From the NCBI GenBank assembly GCA_002269645.1, contig NIVC01001855.1, forward strand, positions 1-64,000: a stretch of DNA of 64,000 nt, in the 5' to 3' direction. The notes under the pieces were generated by a model, which was not told where the DNA came from, did not search any database, and saw only the letters and a list, made by a program, of their open reading frames with translations. The first letter of the stretch is position 1. Every line of letters begins with the position of its first letter. Shown in pieces: positions 49,001 through 61,000 of this stretch. This DNA comes from Macrostomum lignano (Eukaryota). Made by a program: the position numbers and the translations under genes.

Positions 49001-52000
49001 GGGTTTGGAGCGATTCTTAGAAAAGTTCATGGACTGCTATTCTGAAATTGGGTTTGGAGCGATTCTTAGAAAAGTTCATGGACTGCTATTCTGAAATCGG
49101 GGTTGGAGCGATTCTTAGAAAAGTAAATGGACTGCTATTCTGAAATCGGGTTTGGAGCGATTCTTAGAAAAGTTCATGGACTGCTATTCTGAAATTGGGT
49201 TTGGAGCGATTCTTAGAAAAGTTCATGGACTGCTATTCTGAAATCGGGTTTGGAGCGATTCTTAGAAAAGTTCATGGACTGCTATTCTGAAATTGGGTTT
49301 GGAGCGATTCTTAGAAAAGTAAATGGACTGCTATTCTGAAATTGGGTTTGGAGCGATTCTTAGAAAAGTTCATGGACTGCTATTCTGAAATCGGGTTTGG
49401 AGCGATTCTTAGAAAAGTTCATGGACTGCTATTCTGAAATCGGGTTTGGAGCGATTCTTAGAAAAGTTCATGGACTGCTATTCTGAAATTGGGTTTGGAG
49501 CGATTCTTAGAAAAGTAAATGGACTGCTATTCTGAAATTGGGTTTGGAGCGATTCTTAGAAAAGTTCATGGACTGCTATTCTGAAATTGGGTTTGGAGCG
49601 ATTCTTAGAAAAGTTCATGGACTGCTATTCTGAAATTGGGTTTGGAGCGATTCTTAGAAAAGTTCATGGACTGCTATTCTGAAATTGGGTTTGGAGCGAT
49701 TCTTAGAAAAGTAAATGGACTGCTATTCTGAAATTGGGTTTGGAGCGATTCTTAGAAAAGTAAATGGACTGCTATTCTGAAATCGGGTTTGGAGCGATTC
49801 TTAGAAAAGTTCATGGACTGCTATTCTGAAATCGGGTTTGGAGCGATTCTTAGAAAAGTAAATGGACTGCTATTCTGAAATTGGGTTTGGAGCGATTCTT
49901 AGAAAAGTTCATGGACTGCTATTCTGAAATCGGGTTTGGAGCGATTCTTAGAAAAGTTCATGGACTGCTATTCTGAAATTGGGTTTGGAGCGATTCTTAG
50001 AAAAGTAAATGGACTGCTATTCTGAAATCGGGTTTGGAGCGATTCTTAGAAAAGTAAATGGACTGCTATTCTGAAATTGGGTTTGGAGCGATTCTTAGAA
50101 AAGTTCATGGACTGCTATTCTGAAATTGGGTTTGGAGCGATTCTTAGAAAAGTAAATGGACTGCTATTCTGAAATTGGGTTTGGAGCGATTCTTAGAAAA
50201 GTAAATGGACTGCTATTCTGAAATTGGGTTTGGAGCGATTCTTAGAAAAGTAAATGGACTGCTATTCTGAAATTGGGTTTGGAGCGATTCTTAGAAAAGT
50301 AAATGGACTGCTATTCTGAAATTGGGTTTGGAGCGATTCTTAGAAAAGTAAATGGACTGCTATTCTGAAATTGGGTTTGGAGCGATTCTTAGAAAAGTAA
50401 ATGGACTGCTATTCTGAAATTGGGTTTGGAGCGATTCTTAGAAAAGTAAATGGACTGCTATTCTGAAATTGGGTTTGGAGCGATTCTTAGAAAAGTTCAT
50501 GGACTGCTATTCTGAAATTGGGTTTGGAGCGATTCTTAGAAAAGTAAATGGACTGCTATTCTGAAATTGGGTTTGGAGCGATTCTTAGAAAAGTAAATGG
50601 ACTGCTATTCTGAAATTGGGTTTGGAGCGATTCTTAGAAAAGTAAATGGACTGCTATTCTGAAATTGGGTTTGGAGCGATTCTTAGAAAAGTATGGACTG
50701 CTATTCTGAAATTGGGTTTGGAGCGATTCTTAGAAAAGTTCATGGACTGCTATTCTGAAATTGGGTTTGGAGCGATTCTTAGAAAAGTAAATGGACTGCT
50801 ATTCTGAAATTGGGTTTGGAGCGATTCTTAGAAAAGTAAATGGACTGCTATTCTGAAATTGGGTTTGGAGCGATTCTTAGAAAAGTTCATGGACTGCTAT
50901 TCTGAAATTGGGTTTGGAGCGATTCTTAGAAAAGTAAATGGACTGCTATTCTGAAATTGGGTTTGGAGCGATTCTTAGAAAAGTAAATGGACTGCTATTC
51001 TGAAATTGGGTTTGGAGCGATTCTTAGAAAAGTATGGACTGCTATTCTGAAATTGGGTTTGGAGCGATTCTTAGAAAAGTAAATGGACTGCTATTCTGAA
51101 ATTGGGTTTGGAGCGATTCTTAGAAAAGTAAATGGACTGCTATTCTGAAATTGGGTTTGGAGCGATTCTTAGAAAAGTAAATGGACTGCTATTCTGAAAT
51201 TGGGTTTGGAGCGATTCTTAGAAAAGTAAATGGACTGCTATTCTGAAATTGGGTTTGGAGCGATTCTTAGAAAAGTATGGACTGCTATTCTGAAATTGGG
51301 TTTGGAGCGATTCTTAGAAAAGTAAATGGACTGCTATTCTGAAATTGGGTTTGGAGCGATTCTTAGAAAAGTAAATGGACTGCTATTCTGAAATTGGGTT
51401 TGGAGCGATTCTTAGAAAAGTATGGACTGCTATTCTGAAATTGGGTTTGGAGCGATTCTTAGAAAAGTAAATGGACTGCTATTCTGAAATTGGGTTTGGA
51501 GCGATTCTTAGAAAAGTAAATGGACTGCTATTCTGAAATTGGGTTTGGAGCGATTCTTAGAAAAGTAAATGGACTGCTATTCTGAAATTGGGTTTGGAGC
51601 GATTCTTAGAAAAGTAAATGGACTGCTATTCTGAAATTGGGTTTGGAGCGATTCTTAGAAAAGTTCATGGACTGCTATTCTGAAATTGGGTTTGGAGCGA
51701 TTCTTAGAAAAGTAAATGGACTGCTATTCTGAAATTGGGTTTGGAGCGATTCTTAGAAAAGTAAATGGACTGCTATTCTGAAATTGGGTTTGGAGCGATT
51801 CTTAGAAAAGTATGGACTGCTATTCTGAAATTGGGTTTGGAGCGATTCTTAGAAAAGTATGGACTGCTATTCTGAAATTGGGTTTGGAGCGATTCTTAGA
51901 AAAGTAAATGGACTGCTATTCTGAAATTGGGTTTGGAGCGATTCTTAGAAAAGTAAATGGACTGCTATTCTGAAATTGGGTTTGGAGCGATTCTTAGAAA

Positions 52001-55000
52001 AGTAAATGGACTGCTATTCTGAAATTGGGTTTGGAGCGATTCTTAGAAAAGTATGGACTGCTATTCTGAAATTGGGTTTGGAGCGATTCTTAGAAAAGTA
52101 AATGGACTGCTATTCTGAAATTGGGTTTGGAGCGATTCTTAGAAAAGTATGGACTGCTATTCTGAAATTGGGTTTGGAGCGATTCTTAGAAAAGTAAATG
52201 GACTGCTATTCTGAAATTGGGTTTGGAGCGATTCTTAGAAAAGTATGGACTGCTATTCTGAAATTGGGTTTGGAGCGATTCTTAGAAAAGTAAATGGACT
52301 GCTATTCTGAAATTGGGTTTGGAGCGATTCTTAGAAAAGTATGGACTGCTATTCTGAAATTGGGTTTGGAGCGATTCTTAGAAAAGTAAATGGACTGCTA
52401 TTCTGAAATTGGGTTTGGAGCGATTCTTAGAAAAGTAAATGGACTGCTATTCTGAAATTGGGTTTGGAGCGATTCTTAGAAAAGTATGGACTGCTATTCT
52501 GAAATTGGGTTTGGAGCGATTCTTAGAAAAGTAAATGGACTGCTATTCTGAAATTGGGTTTGGAGCGATTCTTAGAAAAGTAAATGGACTGCTATTCTGA
52601 AATTGGGTTTGGAGCGATTCTTAGAAAAGTAAATGGACTGCTATTCTGAAATTGGGTTTGGAGCGATTCTTAGAAAAGTATGGACTGCTATTCTGAAATT
52701 GGGTTTGGAGCGATTCTTAGAAAAGTAAATGGACTGCTATTCTGAAATTGGGTTTGGAGCGATTCTTAGAAAAGTAAATGGACTGCTATTCTGAAATTGG
52801 GTTTGGAGCGATTCTTAGAAAAGTATGGACTGCTATTCTGAAATTGGGTTTGGAGCGATTCTTAGAAAAGTAAATGGACTGCTATTCTGAAATTGGGTTT
52901 GGAGCGATTCTTAGAAAAGTAAATGGACTGCTATTCTGAAATTGGGTTTGGAGCGATTCTTAGAAAAGTAAATGGACTGCTATTCTGAAATTGGGTTTGG
53001 AGCGATTCTTAGAAAAGTAAATGGACTGCTATTCTGAAATTGGGTTTGGAGCGATTCTTAGAAAAGTATGGACTGCTATTCTGAAATTGGGTTTGGAGCG
53101 ATTCTTAGAAAAGTAAATGGACTGCTATTCTGAAATTGGGTTTGGAGCGATTCTTAGAAAAGTATGGACTGCTATTCTGAAATTGGGTTTGGAGCGATTC
53201 TTAGAAAAGTATGGACTGCTATTCTGAAATTGGGTTTGGAGCGATTCTTAGAAAAGTAAATGGACTGCTATTCTGAAATTGGGTTTGGAGCGATTCTTAG
53301 AAAAGTATGGACTGCTATTCTGAAATTGGGTTTGGAGCGATTCTTAGAAAAGTATGGACTGCTATTCTGAAATTGGGTTTGGAGCGATTCTTAGAAAAGT
53401 AAATGGACTGCTATTCTGAAATTGGGTTTGGAGCGATTCTTAGAAAAGTATGGACTGCTATTCTGAAATTGGGTTTGGAGCGATTCTTAGAAAAGTAAAT
53501 GGACTGCTATTCTGAAATTGGGTTTGGAGCGATTCTTAGAAAAGTAAATGGACTGCTATTCTGAAATTGGGTTTGGAGCGATTCTTAGAAAAGTAAATGG
53601 ACTGCTATTCTGAAATTGGGTTTGGAGCGATTCTTAGAAAAGTAAATGGACTGCTATTCTGAAATTGGGTTTGGAGCGATTCTTAGAAAAGTATGGACTG
53701 CTATTCTGAAATTGGGTTTGGAGCGATTCTTAGAAAAGTAAATGGACTGCTATTCTGAAATTGGGTTTGGAGCGATTCTTAGAAAAGTAAATGGACTGCT
53801 ATTCTGAAATTGGGTTTGGAGCGATTCTTAGAAAAGTATGGACTGCTATTCTGAAATTGGGTTTGGAGCGATTCTTAGAAAAGTATGGACTGCTATTCTG
53901 AAATTGGGTTTGGAGCGATTCTTAGAAAAGTAAATGGACTGCTATTCTGAAATTGGGTTTGGAGCGATTCTTAGAAAAGTATGGACTGCTATTCTGAAAT
54001 TGGGTTTGGAGCGATTCTTAGAAAAGTATGGACTGCTATTCTGAAATTGGGTTTGGAGCGATTCTTAGAAAAGTATGGACTGCTATTCTGAAATTGGGTT
54101 TGGAGCGATTCTTAGAAAAGTAAATGGACTGCTATTCTGAAATTGGGTTTGGAGCGATTCTTAGAAAAGTAAATGGACTGCTATTCTGAAATTGGGTTTG
54201 GAGCGATTCTTAGAAAAGTATGGACTGCTATTCTGAAATTGGGTTTGGAGCGATTCTTAGAAAAGTATGGACTGCTATTCTGAAATTGGGTTTGGAGCGA
54301 TTCTTAGAAAAGTAAATGGACTGCTATTCTGAAATTGGGTTTGGAGCGATTCTTAGAAAAGTAAATGGACTGCTATTCTGAAATTGGGTTTGGAGCGATT
54401 CTTAGAAAAGTAAATGGACTGCTATTCTGAAATTGGGTTTGGAGCGATTCTTAGAAAAGTAAATGGACTGCTATTCTGAAATTGGGTTTGGAGCGATTCT
54501 TAGAAAAGTAAATGGACTGCTATTCTGAAATTGGGTTTGGAGCGATTCTTAGAAAAGTAAATGGACTGCTATTCTGAAATTGGGTTTGGAGCGATTCTTA
54601 GAAAAGTAAATGGACTGCTATTCTGAAATTGGGTTTGGAGCGATTCTTAGAAAAGTAAATGGACTGCTATTCTGAAATTGGGTTTGGAGCGATTCTTAGA
54701 AAAGTAAATGGACTGCTATTCTGAAATTGGGTTTGGAGCGATTCTTAGAAAAGTAAATGGACTGCTATTCTGAAATTGGGTTTGGAGCGATTCTTAGAAA
54801 AGTAAATGGACTGCTATTCTGAAATTGGGTTTGGAGCGATTCTTAGAAAAGTAAATGGACTGCTATTCTGAAATTGGGTTTGGAGCGATTCTTAGAAAAG
54901 TAAATGGACTGCTATTCTGAAATTGGGTTTGGAGCGATTCTTAGAAAAGTAAATGGACTGCTATTCTGAAATTGGGTTTGGAGCGATTCTTAGAAAAGTA

Positions 55001-58000
55001 AATGGACTGCTATTCTGAAATTGGGTTTGGAGCGATTCTTAGAAAAGTAAATGGACTGCTATTCTGAAATTGGGTTTGGAGCGATTCTTAGAAAAGTAAA
55101 TGGACTGCTATTCTGAAATTGGGTTTGGAGCGATTCTTAGAAAAGTAAATGGACTGCTATTCTGAAATTGGGTTTGGAGCGATTCTTAGAAAAGTAAATG
55201 GACTGCTATTCTGAAATTGGGTTTGGAGCGATTCTTAGAAAAGTAAATGGACTGCTATTCTGAAATTGGGTTTGGAGCGATTCTTAGAAAAGTAAATGGA
55301 CTGCTATTCTGAAATTGGGTTTGGAGCGATTCTTAGAAAAGTAAATGGACTGCTATTCTGAAATTGGGTTTGGAGCGATTCTTAGAAAAGTAAATGGACT
55401 GCTATTCTGAAATTGGGTTTGGAGCGATTCTTAGAAAAGTAAATGGACTGCTATTCTGAAATTGGGTTTGGAGCGATTCTTAGAAAAGTATGGACTGCTA
55501 TTCTGAAATTGGGTTTGGAGCGATTCTTAGAAAAGTAAATGGACTGCTATTCTGAAATTGGGTTTGGAGCGATTCTTAGAAAAGTAAATGGACTGCTATT
55601 CTGAAATTGGGTTTGGAGCGATTCTTAGAAAAGTATGGACTGCTATTCTGAAATTGGGTTTGGAGCGATTCTTAGAAAAGTAAATGGACTGCTATTCTGA
55701 AATTGGGTTTGGAGCGATTCTTAGAAAAGTAAATGGACTGCTATTCTGAAATTGGGTTTGGAGCGATTCTTAGAAAAGTAAATGGACTGCTATTCTGAAA
55801 TTGGGTTTGGAGCGATTCTTAGAAAAGTAAATGGACTGCTATTCTGAAATTGGGTTTGGAGCGATTCTTAGAAAAGTAAATGGACTGCTATTCTGAAATT
55901 GGGTTTGGAGCGATTCTTAGAAAAGTAAATGGACTGCTATTCTGAAATTGGGTTTGGAGCGATTCTTAGAAAAGTAAATGGACTGCTATTCTGAAATTGG
56001 GTTTGGAGCGATTCTTAGAAAAGTAAATGGACTGCTATTCTGAAATTGGGTTTGGAGCGATTCTTAGAAAAGTAAATGGACTGCTATTCTGAAATTGGGT
56101 TTGGAGCGATTCTTAGAAAAGTAAATGGACTGCTATTCTGAAATTGGGTTTGGAGCGATTCTTAGAAAAGTAAATGGACTGCTATTCTGAAATTGGGTTT
56201 GGAGCGATTCTTAGAAAAGTAAATGGACTGCTATTCTGAAATTGGGTTTGGAGCGATTCTTAGAAAAGTATGGACTGCTATTCTGAAATTGGGTTTGGAG
56301 CGATTCTTAGAAAAGTAAATGGACTGCTATTCTGAAATTGGGTTTGGAGCGATTCTTAGAAAAGTAAATGGACTGCTATTCTGAAATTGGGTTTGGAGCG
56401 ATTCTTAGAAAAGTAAATGGACTGCTATTCTGAAATTGGGTTTGGAGCGATTCTTAGAAAAGTAAATGGACTGCTATTCTGAAATTGGGTTTGGAGCGAT
56501 TCTTAGAAAAGTAAATGGACTGCTATTCTGAAATTGGGTTTGGAGCGATTCTTAGAAAAGTAAATGGACTGCTATTCTGAAATTGGGTTTGGAGCGATTC
56601 TTAGAAAAGTATGGACTGCTATTCTGAAATTGGGTTTGGAGCGATTCTTAGAAAAGTATGGACTGCTATTCTGAAATTGGGTTTGGAGCGATTCTTAGAA
56701 AAGTAAATGGACTGCTATTCTGAAATTGGGTTTGGAGCGATTCTTAGAAAAGTAAATGGACTGCTATTCTGAAATTGGGTTTGGAGCGATTCTTAGAAAA
56801 GTATGGACTGCTATTCTGAAATTGGGTTTGGAGCGATTCTTAGAAAAGTAAATGGACTGCTATTCTGAAATTGGGTTTGGAGCGATTCTTAGAAAAGTAA
56901 ATGGACTGCTATTCTGAAATTGGGTTTGGAGCGATTCTTAGAAAAGTAAATGGACTGCTATTCTGAAATTGGGTTTGGAGCGATTCTTAGAAAAGTAAAT
57001 GGACTGCTATTCTGAAATTGGGTTTGGAGCGATTCTTAGAAAAGTAAATGGACTGCTATTCTGAAATTGGGTTTGGAGCGATTCTTAGAAAAGTAAATGG
57101 ACTGCTATTCTGAAATTGGGTTTGGAGCGATTCTTAGAAAAGTAAATGGACTGCTATTCTGAAATTGGGTTTGGAGCGATTCTTAGAAAAGTAAATGGAC
57201 TGCTATTCTGAAATTGGGTTTGGAGCGATTCTTAGAAAAGTAAATGGACTGCTATTCTGAAATTGGGTTTGGAGCGATTCTTAGAAAAGTAAATGGACTG
57301 CTATTCTGAAATTGGGTTTGGAGCGATTCTTAGAAAAGTAAATGGACTGCTATTCTGAAATTGGGTTTGGAGCGATTCTTAGAAAAGTAAATGGACTGCT
57401 ATTCTGAAATTGGGTTTGGAGCGATTCTTAGAAAAGTAAATGGACTGCTATTCTGAAATTGGGTTTGGAGCGATTCTTAGAAAAGTAAATGGACTGCTAT
57501 TCTGAAATTGGGTTTGGAGCGATTCTTAGAAAAGTAAATGGACTGCTATTCTGAAATTGGGTTTGGAGCGATTCTTAGAAAAGTAAATGGACTGCTATTC
57601 TGAAATTGGGTTTGGAGCGATTCTTAGAAAAGTAAATGGACTGCTATTCTGAAATTGGGTTTGGAGCGATTCTTAGAAAAGTAAATGGACTGCTATTCTG
57701 AAATTGGGTTTGGAGCGATTCTTAGAAAAGTAAATGGACTGCTATTCTGAAATTGGGTTTGGAGCGATTCTTAGAAAAGTAAATGGACTGCTATTCTGAA
57801 ATTGGGTTTGGAGCGATTCTTAGAAAAGTATGGACTGCTATTCTGAAATTGGGTTTGGAGCGATTCTTAGAAAAGTAAATGGACTGCTATTCTGAAATTG
57901 GGTTTGGAGCGATTCTTAGAAAAGTAAATGGACTGCTATTCTGAAATTGGGTTTGGAGCGATTCTTAGAAAAGTAAATGGACTGCTATTCTGAAATTGGG

Positions 58001-61000
58001 TTTGGAGCGATTCTTAGAAAAGTAAATGGACTGCTATTCTGAAATTGGGTTTGGAGCGATTCTTAGAAAAGTATGGACTGCTATTCTGAAATTGGGTTTG
58101 GAGCGATTCTTAGAAAAGTAAATGGACTGCTATTCTGAAATTGGGTTTGGAGCGATTCTTAGAAAAGTAAATGGACTGCTATTCTGAAATTGGGTTTGGA
58201 GCGATTCTTAGAAAAGTAAATGGACTGCTATTCTGAAATTGGGTTTGGAGCGATTCTTAGAAAAGTAAATGGACTGCTATTCTGAAATTGGGTTTGGAGC
58301 GATTCTTAGAAAAGTAAATGGACTGCTATTCTGAAATTGGGTTTGGAGCGATTCTTAGAAAAGTAAATGGACTGCTATTCTGAAATTGGGTTTGGAGCGA
58401 TTCTTAGAAAAGTAAATGGACTGCTATTCTGAAATTGGGTTTGGAGCGATTCTTAGAAAAGTATGGACTGCTATTCTGAAATTGGGTTTGGAGCGATTCT
58501 TAGAAAAGTAAATGGACTGCTATTCTGAAATTGGGTTTGGAGCGATTCTTAGAAAAGTAAATGGACTGCTATTCTGAAATTGGGTTTGGAGCGATTCTTA
58601 GAAAAGTAAATGGACTGCTATTCTGAAATTGGGTTTGGAGCGATTCTTAGAAAAGTAAATGGACTGCTATTCTGAAATTGGGTTTGGAGCGATTCTTAGA
58701 AAAGTAAATGGACTGCTATTCTGAAATTGGGTTTGGAGCGATTCTTAGAAAAGTAAATGGACTGCTATTCTGAAATTGGGTTTGGAGCGATTCTTAGAAA
58801 AGTAAATGGACTGCTATTCTGAAATTGGGTTTGGAGCGATTCTTAGAAAAGTAAATGGACTGCTATTCTGAAATTGGGTTTGGAGCGATTCTTAGAAAAG
58901 TAAATGGACTGCTATTCTGAAATTGGGTTTGGAGCGATTCTTAGAAAAGTAAATGGACTGCTATTCTGAAATTGGGTTTGGAGCGATTCTTAGAAAAGTA
59001 AATGGACTGCTATTCTGAAATTGGGTTTGGAGCGATTCTTAGAAAAGTAAATGGACTGCTATTCTGAAATTGGGTTTGGAGCGATTCTTAGAAAAGTAAA
59101 TGGACTGCTATTCTGAAATTGGGTTTGGAGCGATTCTTAGAAAAGTAAATGGACTGCTATTCTGAAATTGGGTTTGGAGCGATTCTTAGAAAAGTAAATG
59201 GACTGCTATTCTGAAATTGGGTTTGGAGCGATTCTTAGAAAAGTAAATGGACTGCTATTCTGAAATTGGGTTTGGAGCGATTCTTAGAAAAGTAAATGGA
59301 CTGCTATTCTGAAATTGGGTTTGGAGCGATTCTTAGAAAAGTAAATGGACTGCTATTCTGAAATTGGGTTTGGAGCGATTCTTAGAAAAGTAAATGGACT
59401 GCTATTCTGAAATTGGGTTTGGAGCGATTCTTAGAAAAGTAAATGGACTGCTATTCTGAAATTGGGTTTGGAGCGATTCTTAGAAAAGTAAATGGACTGC
59501 TATTCTGAAATTGGGTTTGGAGCGATTCTTAGAAAAGTAAATGGACTGCTATTCTGAAATTGGGTTTGGAGCGATTCTTAGAAAAGTAAATGGACTGCTA
59601 TTCTGAAATTGGGTTTGGAGCGATTCTTAGAAAAGTAAATGGACTGCTATTCTGAAATTGGGTTTGGAGCGATTCTTAGAAAAGTATGGACTGCTATTCT
59701 GAAATTGGGTTTGGAGCGATTCTTAGAAAAGTAAATGGACTGCTATTCTGAAATTGGGTTTGGAGCGATTCTTAGAAAAGTAAATGGACTGCTATTCTGA
59801 AATTGGGTTTGGAGCGATTCTTAGAAAAGTAAATGGACTGCTATTCTGAAATTGGGTTTGGAGCGATTCTTAGAAAAGTATGGACTGCTATTCTGAAATT
59901 GGGTTTGGAGCGATTCTTAGAAAAGTAAATGGACTGCTATTCTGAAATTGGGTTTGGAGCGATTCTTAGAAAAGTATGGACTGCTATTCTGAAATTGGGT
60001 TTGGAGCGATTCTTAGAAAAGTATGGACTGCTATTCTGAAATTGGGTTTGGAGCGATTCTTAGAAAAGTATGGACTGCTATTCTGAAATTGGGTTTGGAG
60101 CGATTCTTAGAAAAGTAAATGGACTGCTATTCTGAAATTGGGTTTGGAGCGATTCTTAGAAAAGTAAATGGACTGCTATTCTGAAATTGGGTTTGGAGCG
60201 ATTCTTAGAAAAGTAAATGGACTGCTATTCTGAAATTGGGTTTGGAGCGATTCTTAGAAAAGTATGGACTGCTATTCTGAAATTGGGTTTGGAGCGATTC
60301 TTAGAAAAGTAAATGGACTGCTATTCTGAAATTGGGTTTGGAGCGATTCTTAGAAAAGTATGGACTGCTATTCTGAAATTGGGTTTGGAGCGATTCTTAG
60401 AAAAGTAAATGGACTGCTATTCTGAAATTGGGTTTGGAGCGATTCTTAGAAAAGTAAATGGACTGCTATTCTGAAATTGGGTTTGGAGCGATTCTTAGAA
60501 AAGTAAATGGACTGCTATTCTGAAATTGGGTTTGGAGCGATTCTTAGAAAAGTATGGACTGCTATTCTGAAATTGGGTTTGGAGCGATTCTTAGAAAAGT
60601 AAATGGACTGCTATTCTGAAATTGGGTTTGGAGCGATTCTTAGAAAAGTAAATGGACTGCTATTCTGAAATTGGGTTTGGAGCGATTCTTAGAAAAGTAA
60701 ATGGACTGCTATTCTGAAATTGGGTTTGGAGCGATTCTTAGAAAAGTAAATGGACTGCTATTCTGAAATTGGGTTTGGAGCGATTCTTAGAAAAGTAAAT
60801 GGACTGCTATTCTGAAATTGGGTTTGGAGCGATTCTTAGAAAAGTAAATGGACTGCTATTCTGAAATTGGGTTTGGAGCGATTCTTAGAAAAGTAAATGG
60901 ACTGCTATTCTGAAATTGGGTTTGGAGCGATTCTTAGAAAAGTATGGACTGCTATTCTGAAATTGGGTTTGGAGCGATTCTTAGAAAAGTAAATGGACTG